Virus record (IMG/VR): IMGVR_UViG_3300013426_000002
Location: 1 to 64,000 of that record
DNA from: a virus
DNA length: 64,000 bases
Reading direction: 5' to 3' (one strand)
Positions 44,528 through 54,753 of the stretch are shown here, in pieces (position 1 is the stretch's first letter; every line of letters starts with the position of its first letter). The position numbers and the translations under genes were made by a program. The notes below the pieces were generated by a model. That model made no database searches. It saw only the letters and a list, made by a program, of their open reading frames with translations, and was not told the DNA's origin.

Positions 44528-47500
44528 CTAAAAGATTGAAATCAAGTTATCATAATATTCTAACTTAGATCTTGGATCTCTTGCTTCATATATACTTCTT
44601 AGAGGAGTTGACTTAATTAAGGATCGTTGGAATCGGTTTAAACCACGATATGGTCCTCTATTTATTTCTTGAAATGGATCTTGCAACGCTACAGTAGTTA
44701 AGTCTCCCCAATACTGTAACGTAGACCAAGCTGCTGTAGGACTATTAAGCATATTAAATACTTCAATAGGTAACACATTACCACGAGTTTCCAAAGAGGC
44801 TCTTAAAGTAAGATATGCTGCTTCTTGTTTCCACCAATTATCCCTGTCATCATCTGCCATAGCACGTATTATGGAAGAAATCAACCAGAAACCCAAAGTA
44901 GAAAATAAAAATTCATATGTGACTCTCTTTAGGCAACCCTTTTCGTAATCATCTAATTCATCATAATGATCTTTATACAATTCTTTTAATTGATCAATCT
45001 TGCTTTTGTCAAAATAGTGTCTTTTTACATATTCATAAGCCGCAGGAATTTGCGCTTCATTCCACAATCCTGTAGAATAGTTGAATTGTCTCTTAGTTAA
45101 GAATTTTGTTTGCAGATTAACCAAAATAAAATTACGGTATATTAATAATAACTGACCAATCAAATTGGAATGTAATTTTGATTTATCCAAATCTGATAAC
45201 TGTGTGTCAATTCTAGTAGCAATTTGTTTAGTAGTGTTTTTTATTCTATTAGAAAGGTTTTCATCAACCACATTAGCATACTCTGGTTTTACTACTAATT
45301 GATTGTTTTTAACTTCAAAAGCATCAAAAAATGTGATATTTAATGCATTCCAAGCAGCTTTACCTTTTTTCTTATCTTTAAATCGTCTTAGAAATTGATT
45401 TTTATTTAAAAATTTACCAGTTTCAGGATCATATTTATTGAAATATGCAACAGATAGTGCTAGTTTACCCTTAGTGATTATATCACCTATTTCGTGACCA
45501 AAATACCAATAATGTTGATTTAGAGCTCGCAGTAAACGAGATTGGTTTAATTTACTAAATGTTTGTTCGTTGTCTCTAACTACACCCAAGTATTCAAGAT
45601 AACACAATACCTTGTTTTTATTATTGGCTTTACCTATGTTTTTAATCGCATCTGCGTATGCTGGTAGTAAAGTCTTCGTTGCTTTGGCAAGTTCTTCATT
45701 TCCAAAGTAAATGCCAGAAATTGCTTCCAACCTGTTTTGAATTTTATTAGTAATTAAACCTGTCAAGATAACGTTTAAGTTCTGTGATATACCTTGAATT
45801 CTGGTATATGCTGCTAAGTTACTAACCAATTTATCTATGCTTACTCTTGCATGCTTACCTTTTGGTAACGGTATATTAACTTCTTTAGCATCTTTTTCCA
45901 TACCGTAGACAAAACGATTCATCAAATCCTTCATTTTGTCATAAGTTTTACTTTCTACTCCAGATATTCTGCCACCCTTTCTATCTTTAAAATCCATTCT
46001 ACCAACAAAGTCCAAAGCTAACTCTAATTCAGGAGCAACTTCACTCATCTTTTCGTAGTTTACAGCCATTTTATAATAATGAATAATAGAACCTACTATA
46101 TCGTTAGTTATGGCATCAGGATTGTCTAACATTTTGATATACCTTGTGGGTATTAATTTCACCAAAGAACCATCAGATCTTTTAGCATTTTCTAACATAT
46201 ATCTGTCATCATCATCTTTTACTGTATAAAGATCATGTGCAGCATACGCTATACCACTTAAGAAGTTATCTTTACTACGTATTTGAGTCCACGCACCACC
46301 TTCAATTTGAGGTAATTTATATTTATTAGCATATCTCAAAAAACCTATCTTAGAATTGGATAAGTCCATTACATCTGTTAAAGCATCGTATAATGCTTTT
46401 AATTTAGGATCACTAACAATTTTGTTATAAGCAGCAGTGTTATCGAAGTACTTGATATTTGGTATTATTGTCTCACCACGATCTTCATATTTAGTAAATC
46501 TAGGATCATAAAATGGGGATTCTCTATCAATTTCTGCCCACGATTTATTTGGTATTCTTTCTACGTATTTTGATTTAAATTCATCCTTTGGAACTAGCTT
46601 ACGCCAAAAAGAAGCAGGTACGATGTCACCCCGAGAAGTATATCTTGCATTTACAGAGAACCACGCGTTAAATGCAGCTTCACCCTGTTTCTCCATATGT
46701 TCGTATTCTTCGTAGAATTTAGGGTTAATATTCCATTTAGCTATTTCCATTACTCTAGATTTTTTTTGTTTATCTCTATTTGCAATAGCTTCATCGGATA
46801 TCATTACATCATAAGTGTTTATCATAGATTTAACGTTTTCAGGCATAGCGTCTACGTTAAATGTACCATCTTCTCTTGCATATAATTTTAAAAGATTTTT
46901 TCTAGCATTCTCATACAATACTTGATTGTCAGATTTAATTGGATTTGAAGATAACATTTTAACGTCTTCCCAAAAATCTTCTTTTATTCTTTCAACAGAA
47001 TTTCTTTGTTCCCATTTTTCAAACAGCTCTGGAGAAAGATTCTTTTTAGCAGCTTCTCTGGCTTTGTTGTATTTCTCCATATTTGGTTTATAATTCAACT
47101 TAGCTCTAAGTTTTTTATTATATTGCTGCATTTCCTTGGCTATCTCCAAATCTAAACCTGCTTTTGTAGTGCCATCTGCATAAAAAGGATTTGCCAAATT
47201 ACGTCTACCATTTTCTAATTCTTGCAATTTGCCATAATCTTCATCGGATAATAATTCTCTATGTGGGTTACCATCTTTGTCCCTAGTTTTGTTAAGAAGT
47301 AGATTGATTTCCATATTAATTGTATCTCTTCTTGTTCTAGCTTCTTCACTAAGACTGTTGGTCAATTCGTAATATTCTGGTACAAATCTACGGATACTGT
47401 ATTTAGAATGCCATTTGTTATTCTCGGTATTCCAAATTTTTAATTGCTCTTTATTTAATAGAGCAGGTACTTCTGATAAGTCTTTATCTCCAAATCCTAA

Positions 47501-50362
47501 TTTATCCGCTAATTCTCTTTGAAATTTAAAAAGCTTTTGATAATGTTCACCGTAATTTAAATCTCTGGTCATAAATCCTGTTTTGTGACCATCTTTTGTT
47601 TTCTCATGGAAATAAGCCAGTTTAGATTTATCTACCTGATCTAACAATGATAATAACTCTTTACCTTTGATTCTTTCTTCATCTGCTACAGCATTCTTAA
47701 CAGCGATTATTTTGTTCATCATAATTCTAACTAATTCACTATTAGAATACTGTGTACTACCAACCCATTGATCCCACAAGTTAATATCTAAATCGCCTTC
47801 TTCCAGAATGTTTTTCAATTGATCTACAGTATATGAACCAGCTTTAGTAGCTTCTTTAATAAAGTTATCTTTAGCAATTATATCAACTACATTATTGAAA
47901 TTTCTAACAAGTTCTGCATAATTGCCCATGATTCTTTTTAATGCTACTTTTGTATCATTAATCAATTGTTCATTATTGAAATAATCAAAAGTAGTATCAT
48001 CATCTAGCATATTCTGCAAATTAGTAGCAATGTTGTTATAGAATCCAATATAACCTTTTTTAATCAGATCCAATTCAGCATTAGAGATTTCATGATCATT
48101 ACCGTATTTAGCAGCTTCTTTTACTTTGGATAATATTCTTAAAGTTTCATATAATGCAGAATTGATATCTTGATCCATGTAATCTATGAATTCTAAAGTA
48201 GCTTTATCATTTTCTAATTGATTTAATCTAAATTCTAAAGCTCTCAGTTCATCTAGTTTATTCGGATCTGTATATTTAGAATATTGGATGTCCTTCATTC
48301 TACGATGAATAGAAGACATTAATTTGTCATACGTATCATTCACAGCTTTTGGAGTTTCAACAACTTTTTGGTTGTGTATTTCTTTGCCAAAGAAATAAGA
48401 ATTATCCAACGTACGACCAGATAAAAATGCTTTTGTGATTTCGTTTAAAGTGTCTTGTTTTTCATTAAATAATCCTTTTATCCAATTAAAAAATCTATTA
48501 TACCATTTTAATGCTTTAACAGAATTCTCACCTATTGCTTGTACTAAAGCTTCTTCGCTACCAAATTGTTTTATACCTCTTTGTACAATAGGCGCATTTC
48601 TAAACCAAGCAATGTAATGATGAGCATATTCGTGAGGTAAGGTGTCTTGATTTTCTAATGCAGCATTTAATAATACTCTACCAGCCATATATCCTTCTAC
48701 TTGGGCTTGTCCCCTAAGATTAGGGTTTGTTAATGCATCTATTTCAATGTTTGGATATATCTCTCGCAGTAATAAAGCTAATTCTTTATTTCTACCAGTA
48801 GCGTTTTGAGTAGCAGCTTCTTGATTATAAATATTATTATCCTGAGTAGAGAATGTACCTCGATTATCTATTGATTTAACTTGGCTTGATCTTCTAACTA
48901 CTATTTCTCTAGCTTGTTCATTAGCTTCATAATTATGTTTTACTATAATACCATCTCTAAATACCCAATCATCGCGTCTGGTTTGTGGTATTGTATCTTC
49001 TTCTCTGAGGTTTAAGTATGTAGCATATAAAGAATTACCTTCAGAAGCATACCTTTGTGCTAATTCTTGATTAGGAGTAAAATAAAAGCCAAAATCAAAT
49101 TGCCCTCTTCTCTGATAGTTTTCATCAAAAGTGTCGAAAGTGGCAGAACTTCCATGATACACTACTAAAGGCTCTCCATTTTCATCTACTACTTTGGATA
49201 CACTAGTTTTAGCTTTATTTAAACTTTTCCAATTTTTAAAATCTTCAACATCTTGTTTTGTACCTAACAAATGAACATTTTCTTTCGGATTAAATACCAC
49301 AATAACATCTGATTCAAATTCATTATTTGCTTCATTAGATATAATTGCATCATTTTTATTTTGCTTGGCTTTAGTAAATAATCCTCGTTGTTCTTCATAA
49401 TAAGTATTCTGATTTTTCTCTACAATTGGATTTTGTACATTGAGGACTGCTGGATACATCCCTTTTTTTACTTGTCTAGATTTCCAAGCATTTTGAAATT
49501 CAGATTTCTTTCTATTTACCCAATCATTAAAGGTCTCTTTACCATATCTTATATCAAAGACTTCTTCAAAAAACTCTTTATCTGTTTTATCTTGATATCC
49601 GTATCTAGCTTTTCTTTCTGATAAATACTTTCCGTTAGAACCACCTTTGTCTCTATTAAATATACCTCTTTTATTTGGAGAATATTGCCTAATATTTGGA
49701 CCTATTATCTCATTTTTCCAGTCATTAGACTCCATTCTACCATTACCAAGAGCCTCTTTTAATTCCCACCAGAGTTTGACCCAGTTATTATACCCTTCAG
49801 TATCAGGAATGTTTCTGTTTACACCAGAAATATATTGCAATGATGCCCAAGGCTGTTTGTTAAAATACATTTCTGCACCAGTTTCTGGAGCGCCAGATCC
49901 TTTACCTTTTTTGGAATTAGCAACACCTTGAGATAGATCTGAATCTGTACCATGCCAATATATGGAGTCAATTAAAGAATTTGGATATATAGAATTTATA
50001 TATTGTGTATATTCTTCTTTACTACCTACTTTAGATAACTCTGGGTTTATATCATACAAATAATCAACTGCGTCTTTGCTATTAATATCTGTTGATGTGT
50101 TACCAACCCAATCTCCAAACCAATTTCTAAAGCTTTCAGAGTAAGTTCTAGCTTTAGCTTGAATAGCAGCTACTCTATTACCATTATAATGCTCTAAAAG
50201 GTCTGAAAATAGCTTAGATGGCTCCCCATTGGGAGCCTTATCTAAACCATAGCCATTGTTTTCTGAAAGAACATAATATGCAGCATTCTCACTACCTAAT
50301 ATTTCTGTATACTCTTTAAGTAAAGCTGCAACTTCTGGATTTTTAATATTTAAACACTGCAT
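44528..50362 (-). CDS. Giant 1944-aa multidomain (polyvalent-type) virion or cargo protein
   Basis: A single ORF starting 2 nt after the upstream stop. Repeated modules are IYWHGTDSDL and VVYHGSSATFDTFD...FGFYFTPNQELAQRYA. An HExxH motif (LPHEYAHHYIAWF) is present. The remainder is long and helical. Confidence 0.7.
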   Translation of the reverse strand: MQCLNIKNPEVAALLKEYTEILGSENAAYYVLSENNGYGLDKAPNGEPSKLFSDLLEHYNGNRVAAIQAKARTYSESFRNWFGDWVGNTSTDINSKDAVDYLYDINPELSKVGSKEEYTQYINSIYPNSLIDSIYWHGTDSDLSQGVANSKKGKGSGAPETGAEMYFNKQPWASLQYISGVNRNIPDTEGYNNWVKLWWELKEALGNGRMESNDWKNEIIGPNIRQYSPNKRGIFNRDKGGSNGKYLSERKARYGYQDKTDKEFFEEVFDIRYGKETFNDWVNRKKSEFQNAWKSRQVKKGMYPAVLNVQNPIVEKNQNTYYEEQRGLFTKAKQNKNDAIISNEANNEFESDVIVVFNPKENVHLLGTKQDVEDFKNWKSLNKAKTSVSKVVDENGEPLVVYHGSSATFDTFDENYQRRGQFDFGFYFTPNQELAQRYASEGNSLYATYLNLREEDTIPQTRRDDWVFRDGIIVKHNYEANEQAREIVVRRSSQVKSIDNRGTFSTQDNNIYNQEAATQNATGRNKELALLLREIYPNIEIDALTNPNLRGQAQVEGYMAGRVLLNAALENQDTLPHEYAHHYIAWFRNAPIVQRGIKQFGSEEALVQAIGENSVKALKWYNRFFNWIKGLFNEKQDTLNEITKAFLSGRTLDNSYFFGKEIHNQKVVETPKAVNDTYDKLMSSIHRRMKDIQYSKYTDPNKLDELRALEFRLNQLENDKATLEFIDYMDQDINSALYETLRILSKVKEAAKYGNDHEISNAELDLIKKGYIGFYNNIATNLQNMLDDDTTFDYFNNEQLINDTKVALKRIMGNYAELVRNFNNVVDIIAKDNFIKEATKAGSYTVDQLKNILEEGDLDINLWDQWVGSTQYSNSELVRIMMNKIIAVKNAVADEERIKGKELLSLLDQVDKSKLAYFHEKTKDGHKTGFMTRDLNYGEHYQKLFKFQRELADKLGFGDKDLSEVPALLNKEQLKIWNTENNKWHSKYSIRRFVPEYYELTNSLSEEARTRRDTINMEINLLLNKTRDKDGNPHRELLSDEDYGKLQELENGRRNLANPFYADGTTKAGLDLEIAKEMQQYNKKLRAKLNYKPNMEKYNKAREAAKKNLSPELFEKWEQRNSVERIKEDFWEDVKMLSSNPIKSDNQVLYENARKNLLKLYAREDGTFNVDAMPENVKSMINTYDVMISDEAIANRDKQKKSRVMEIAKWNINPKFYEEYEHMEKQGEAAFNAWFSVNARYTSRGDIVPASFWRKLVPKDEFKSKYVERIPNKSWAEIDRESPFYDPRFTKYEDRGETIIPNIKYFDNTAAYNKIVSDPKLKALYDALTDVMDLSNSKIGFLRYANKYKLPQIEGGAWTQIRSKDNFLSGIAYAAHDLYTVKDDDDRYMLENAKRSDGSLVKLIPTRYIKMLDNPDAITNDIVGSIIHYYKMAVNYEKMSEVAPELELALDFVGRMDFKDRKGGRISGVESKTYDKMKDLMNRFVYGMEKDAKEVNIPLPKGKHARVSIDKLVSNLAAYTRIQGISQNLNVILTGLITNKIQNRLEAISGIYFGNEELAKATKTLLPAYADAIKNIGKANNKNKVLCYLEYLGVVRDNEQTFSKLNQSRLLRALNQHYWYFGHEIGDIITKGKLALSVAYFNKYDPETGKFLNKNQFLRRFKDKKKGKAAWNALNITFFDAFEVKNNQLVVKPEYANVVDENLSNRIKNTTKQIATRIDTQLSDLDKSKLHSNLIGQLLLIYRNFILVNLQTKFLTKRQFNYSTGLWNEAQIPAAYEYVKRHYFDKSKIDQLKELYKDHYDELDDYEKGCLKRVTYEFLFSTLGFWLISSIIRAMADDDRDNWWKQEAAYLTLRASLETRGNVLPIEVFNMLNSPTAAWSTLQYWGDLTTVALQDPFQEINRGPYRGLNRFQRSLIKSTPLRSIYEARDPRSKLEYYDNLISIF

Positions 50363-50364
50363 AA

Positions 50365-53300
50365 TTATTCACATTCTTTTTTACGTTGTTTACCCATTTT
50401 GTCTAATTCTTCAGTAGCAGAATCATTAGCTGCTTGTTTCAAATCAGCTTCCGTAGCTGATACAAATTCTTCATCTATATCATAGTTTTCCACTACTTGC
50501 TGCTTTGCTTTTTCTAGAGTTTGAACCATTACATAATTCTTTGCTCTAGATACTGCTACGTACTTCAATTCTTGTCTTACTTCTTGACCATTTTTATCAT
50601 TAAACCCAAAAGTATTTATACTACTGTCGTTAATTAAAACTTTACTATAAGTACCACCTTGAGATTTATGAATTGTGTGAGCATATCCGTAATCAAACGA
50701 TTTTCTAAGCTTTAATCTACCGTTAGCGTCTTTAACATCTCGCATAGTGTGAATCCTATTTTGTATATTATTGATTTTTTCAATAACAGCTTTAGCTGCA
50801 GTCGGATTTCCCTCAGCTAACAATTGCTTACGCATACTCCACAAGGTCTGTATATATTCTTGAACTTTTATGATATTTTCATCTGTTTCAAAATTAGATA
50901 CTACATCAATAGTAAACGAAGAAGCAGAAGTATCTATTGCGTCTTTGAGAGTAACTTTATATCCTTCCATACTTATACTTTCTTTTCTGTCAGGATATGT
51001 TAAATCAATTTGAATAGTAGTAGGTTTAACACTTTGCACTACGTAGTCTCCACTATTCATTAATTTATACTTCTTTCTTAGAGAATCGTATTCTCTATTA
51101 GAATAACCCATTACAAGTTCTCCTTCATACAGTTGCGCTGGTCTCCTACCATACAGGATTTGTCTTATCGCAGAGTTATAAGCTTCTACAGAAGAGTTTG
51201 TCGCAGCCAATACTCTAAAATATAGAGGGTCTTGTGAATCTTTCATTTCTTTTAATGAAGTTCTAACAAATTCTCTAATTCTATTTTTATCCGCTGTGTA
51301 TTCAACACCCTGTCCGTTAGAAGCAATATCAGTTTTATAACTAAAATCCTCACCGTTTCTCACTCTAGTAGATTCTTTCAATATAGGATTATCCCCAGTT
51401 CTTTCTACTTTGGTTAATTGTAATTGTGCACCATTGTTTCTAAATACCTTGGATATATTATTTGCTTTTACTGGTCTTAATTGACCTTTATCTCCCATAA
51501 ATATGATCTGAGCTCCTTTCGCTGCAATTTGCTCAAGTAAGAAATCATATAAACTGTCTTGAATCATTGAGACTTCGTCAACGATAACTATTGAATTAGA
51601 TTCTATTTTAACATCGCCAACCTGTTCAAATTTTAACTTGTGCAAATCAAACACATCTTCAGTAATGTTAAAATCCGGGCGCAATCCTAATAAACTTTGA
51701 AGCGTAACAACTTTTGCATTCGGTGTCTTTTGTCTAGTTACAGCATTTGCTCTATGGGTAGGAGCTGAGAAAATAATATCTGCATTTATTCTACGCTTCA
51801 AATATTCATTAAATATACCCATAATAGTAGTTTTACCTGTACCAGCATAACCAGATAAAGTAATAGATGTATCATCTCCATTAACAAATGCTTCTAACTC
51901 TTTCAAAGCAGATTTCTGTTGATCATTCAATTCAAAATCTAATTTAACTTCTAAACCATCATCAAAAGTATATACATATTTATCTTGTATTTGCTTAGTT
52001 TCTTCAACAGCTTGTTTTACTTCTTCTACTTTGGGTAAAGCCTCTGTTAAACCTACTTGATTAGCATATTGTTGAAGTTCAGTGAATTGAGTAGGAGTTT
52101 CTGAAGATTGTTCATCATGAGACCAAGTTTCGGCAAGATTGGTTTCTTTTGCTTCAGTCGGTACTTGCCTTTTTGAACTATATTCAAAATTATCAAGATA
52201 CTGCTGATATGCTTCTTGTGATGCAGCTTCACCGTTCTTTGACTGATAAGTTTTAGACCATTCTTTATAAGCTAAAGGTTCAGTATTCTGCAAATCAACA
52301 TTTTCAGTAGCTACAGTCTGTAAAGCATTTTCATTGAATTCTCCAGCTTGATTAAACATCTTAGTCTGTAAACTAGCTTTGACAGGAGTTAAATCTTGTA
52401 CATAAGTTATAGCTCTAGACGGGGTAAAATCTATACCAGTAGGTACTACATTGTTATAGCCTACAGAAGATTTCTTAAAACCAAACTCAACAAGTACATT
52501 ACCCTTATAACTTAAACCTTTCTTATTAATCAATTGATATACTGGTACTTTATTTTCATCTACACCAATATATTTATATAAGAAAGTAGTTCTAGGATCG
52601 TTGTTTTTGTCTAATTTAACTTTCTTATAAAGATAATGTATAGGATCACCTGCTTCATTATAACCTACAATACCTCTAAATTTACTAGATTCATCATAGA
52701 TTATAGAAGGTATTTCAACTTGTTCTCCTTTCTTATTAGTTACAAATAATCCACTACCATCATGAGCAACAGGTCTATATACTGCTCTACCTTCTTCTTC
52801 AATAGTTTCATAGCTAGAATCCAATTTATAGTATTCAATAGCAGGAACTACATGATCATTCCACCACAGATTTCTGATTACTTCTTGTAAATCTATCTGA
52901 GATATAACATTTTCTGGATGTTTTTCTAATTCTCTAATATAGTCAAAATATCCTATTTCTTCTCTTATAGAGTTAGGAACGTATCTAAATATATTATTCT
53001 TACCAAAAGCATCTCCAGACGTATAGAAAGAATATATTGCAAGATCTTTAGCAAATTCTCTTACTTCTTTATAATCACTTTCATAAAGTTCTTCCCAAGC
53101 ACGAATGATCTCATTTTCCAAATTATTATCACCACTTTTATTAGGTTTGTATGCAATGAAATCAGGTCCTTGTAATTCTGCAGCATCTTCTTTTGGTCTA
53201 CTAAAGATATTGTTAATCAACACATTCGAAAAACTACCATCACTCCCAAGTAATGAAGGATATTTGCCTTGTAATATATCAGATTTAAGTCTATCCAATC

Positions 53301-54753
53301 TTCTAGAAATACTGTTGTTACCAAATAGCATACCACGGAATCCCATTTGATTATCTTTAACATACTGATTAAAGAATTTAGTCTTGTAAGATACTTCCAT
53401 TGCTCTAGTGATGTTGTTAATATATGTATCATCACTTACAGCATAACCTTTGGTATAGTATTCAATTAATGATCGTAAGGTTTCAAATTCCGGAGTAAGT
53501 CTAATCATGACATTCTGGAATGCGTTTCTAGGAAATACTAAACCATCAATCATTTTCTTACCTAAGAACGTATTAGTAAACACTTTCAAAGGATTGTTAA
53601 AAACAGATTGTTCAGTCATATACTGTTTCCATTTATCCAAGAATGCGCTTTGTAAACCAAAGTTATTACCAAATCTTTTAGTATCAATCTGAGATAAGTT
53701 AGTTAATTCTGACAAACTCTTAGAAAATGGAGTTAATTCTTCATAAGCCTTAAGAATTAATAATTGATTATAATACCAATCAAATGTTTCGGTTTTCTGT
53801 AATTGTTTTCTAAGATGTGGTACAGTAAACATTTCTTTTCTTTGATTAGTACCTACACCTTTATCCTTAAGATAATTCAGAAGATTCTCTTTCTTACCAC
53901 CGGATAATTCTTTTGCTTTTTTATAATAATCATTCCAAACCTTGGTAAATGCTAATCTTTCAGGATTTTTACCAGCAGGTATTTCAACGCCATAAAAACC
54001 AGAATATTTATCATATTCAGTTGCATAGTCTTTCAATATCTGTTGAGGTAAGAAATAAAATGTACTTTCACCTTTACCACTTCTAATTAAGAAGTTAGTC
54101 ATGTTAAAAGTTAATTTACGTACATTCAAACGAATAATATACGGATCTTTAGCTACGTCTACGTGAGCATTAATCAAAGCTGATAACCAGTCTAATACAT
54201 TGATTTTATTAGCATCTTCACTCTGAATATGATGCAAATCACGTATACCGTAATCGTTCAATACTTTATTTGGTTTGAAATTCAACTTAACTAATTGAGT
54301 TAATACTTGATGAGCATTAGCTAATGCAAACGGACCAATACCAAACTTACCACCATTCAACTCAGCTTTAGTTCTACTCTGGAATGCCGGAGTAGAGAAA
54401 TACAATTGAGATTTACTAGTTCTCTTACCTTGACCCGTTAATTTATCAACATCCTTAAGAATTTTGTCTTTCAGATAATCTGTTACAGTATCAAGAGGCT
54501 GTCTAGCTTCTGCAAAGTTCATAGGATTGCTGATTACTGACAAATACATATCAAGAAGCATATTTTCGTTTGCTTCTCTACTATTTGCTTCAAAATCAGT
54601 TTTACCATTATATCTCTCATAAGCTTTTCTTACTACAGTTTCATCATCTAAACCAGTAGCTTTCAGTCTCCGAACATACTGATCTTTTGTTTCAAACTTG
54701 ATTCTATTACCATTATTATCGTAGTTATATCTTGCTATAAATAATTTATCAAT
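50365..54753 (-). CDS. Giant RNAP-type protein, exon 2 (1462 codons); begins IDKLFIARYNY and ends in an SF1 (RecD/Pif1-like) helicase domain
   Basis: The frame is open 64 codons upstream of the track's Met at 54561. Walker A is SGYAGTGKTT (about 51830-51850). Walker B is IVIVDEVSMI. HTIHKSQGGTY and YVAVSRAKNYV are also present. Confidence 0.75.
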   Translation of the reverse strand: MDKLFIARYNYDNNGNRIKFETKDQYVRRLKATGLDDETVVRKAYERYNGKTDFEANSREANENMLLDMYLSVISNPMNFAEARQPLDTVTDYLKDKILKDVDKLTGQGKRTSKSQLYFSTPAFQSRTKAELNGGKFGIGPFALANAHQVLTQLVKLNFKPNKVLNDYGIRDLHHIQSEDANKINVLDWLSALINAHVDVAKDPYIIRLNVRKLTFNMTNFLIRSGKGESTFYFLPQQILKDYATEYDKYSGFYGVEIPAGKNPERLAFTKVWNDYYKKAKELSGGKKENLLNYLKDKGVGTNQRKEMFTVPHLRKQLQKTETFDWYYNQLLILKAYEELTPFSKSLSELTNLSQIDTKRFGNNFGLQSAFLDKWKQYMTEQSVFNNPLKVFTNTFLGKKMIDGLVFPRNAFQNVMIRLTPEFETLRSLIEYYTKGYAVSDDTYINNITRAMEVSYKTKFFNQYVKDNQMGFRGMLFGNNSISRRLDRLKSDILQGKYPSLLGSDGSFSNVLINNIFSRPKEDAAELQGPDFIAYKPNKSGDNNLENEIIRAWEELYESDYKEVREFAKDLAIYSFYTSGDAFGKNNIFRYVPNSIREEIGYFDYIRELEKHPENVISQIDLQEVIRNLWWNDHVVPAIEYYKLDSSYETIEEEGRAVYRPVAHDGSGLFVTNKKGEQVEIPSIIYDESSKFRGIVGYNEAGDPIHYLYKKVKLDKNNDPRTTFLYKYIGVDENKVPVYQLINKKGLSYKGNVLVEFGFKKSSVGYNNVVPTGIDFTPSRAITYVQDLTPVKASLQTKMFNQAGEFNENALQTVATENVDLQNTEPLAYKEWSKTYQSKNGEAASQEAYQQYLDNFEYSSKRQVPTEAKETNLAETWSHDEQSSETPTQFTELQQYANQVGLTEALPKVEEVKQAVEETKQIQDKYVYTFDDGLEVKLDFELNDQQKSALKELEAFVNGDDTSITLSGYAGTGKTTIMGIFNEYLKRRINADIIFSAPTHRANAVTRQKTPNAKVVTLQSLLGLRPDFNITEDVFDLHKLKFEQVGDVKIESNSIVIVDEVSMIQDSLYDFLLEQIAAKGAQIIFMGDKGQLRPVKANNISKVFRNNGAQLQLTKVERTGDNPILKESTRVRNGEDFSYKTDIASNGQGVEYTADKNRIREFVRTSLKEMKDSQDPLYFRVLAATNSSVEAYNSAIRQILYGRRPAQLYEGELVMGYSNREYDSLRKKYKLMNSGDYVVQSVKPTTIQIDLTYPDRKESISMEGYKVTLKDAIDTSASSFTIDVVSNFETDENIIKVQEYIQTLWSMRKQLLAEGNPTAAKAVIEKINNIQNRIHTMRDVKDANGRLKLRKSFDYGYAHTIHKSQGGTYSKVLINDSSINTFGFNDKNGQEVRQELKYVAVSRAKNYVMVQTLEKAKQQVVENYDIDEEFVSATEADLKQAANDSATEELDKMGKQRKKECE

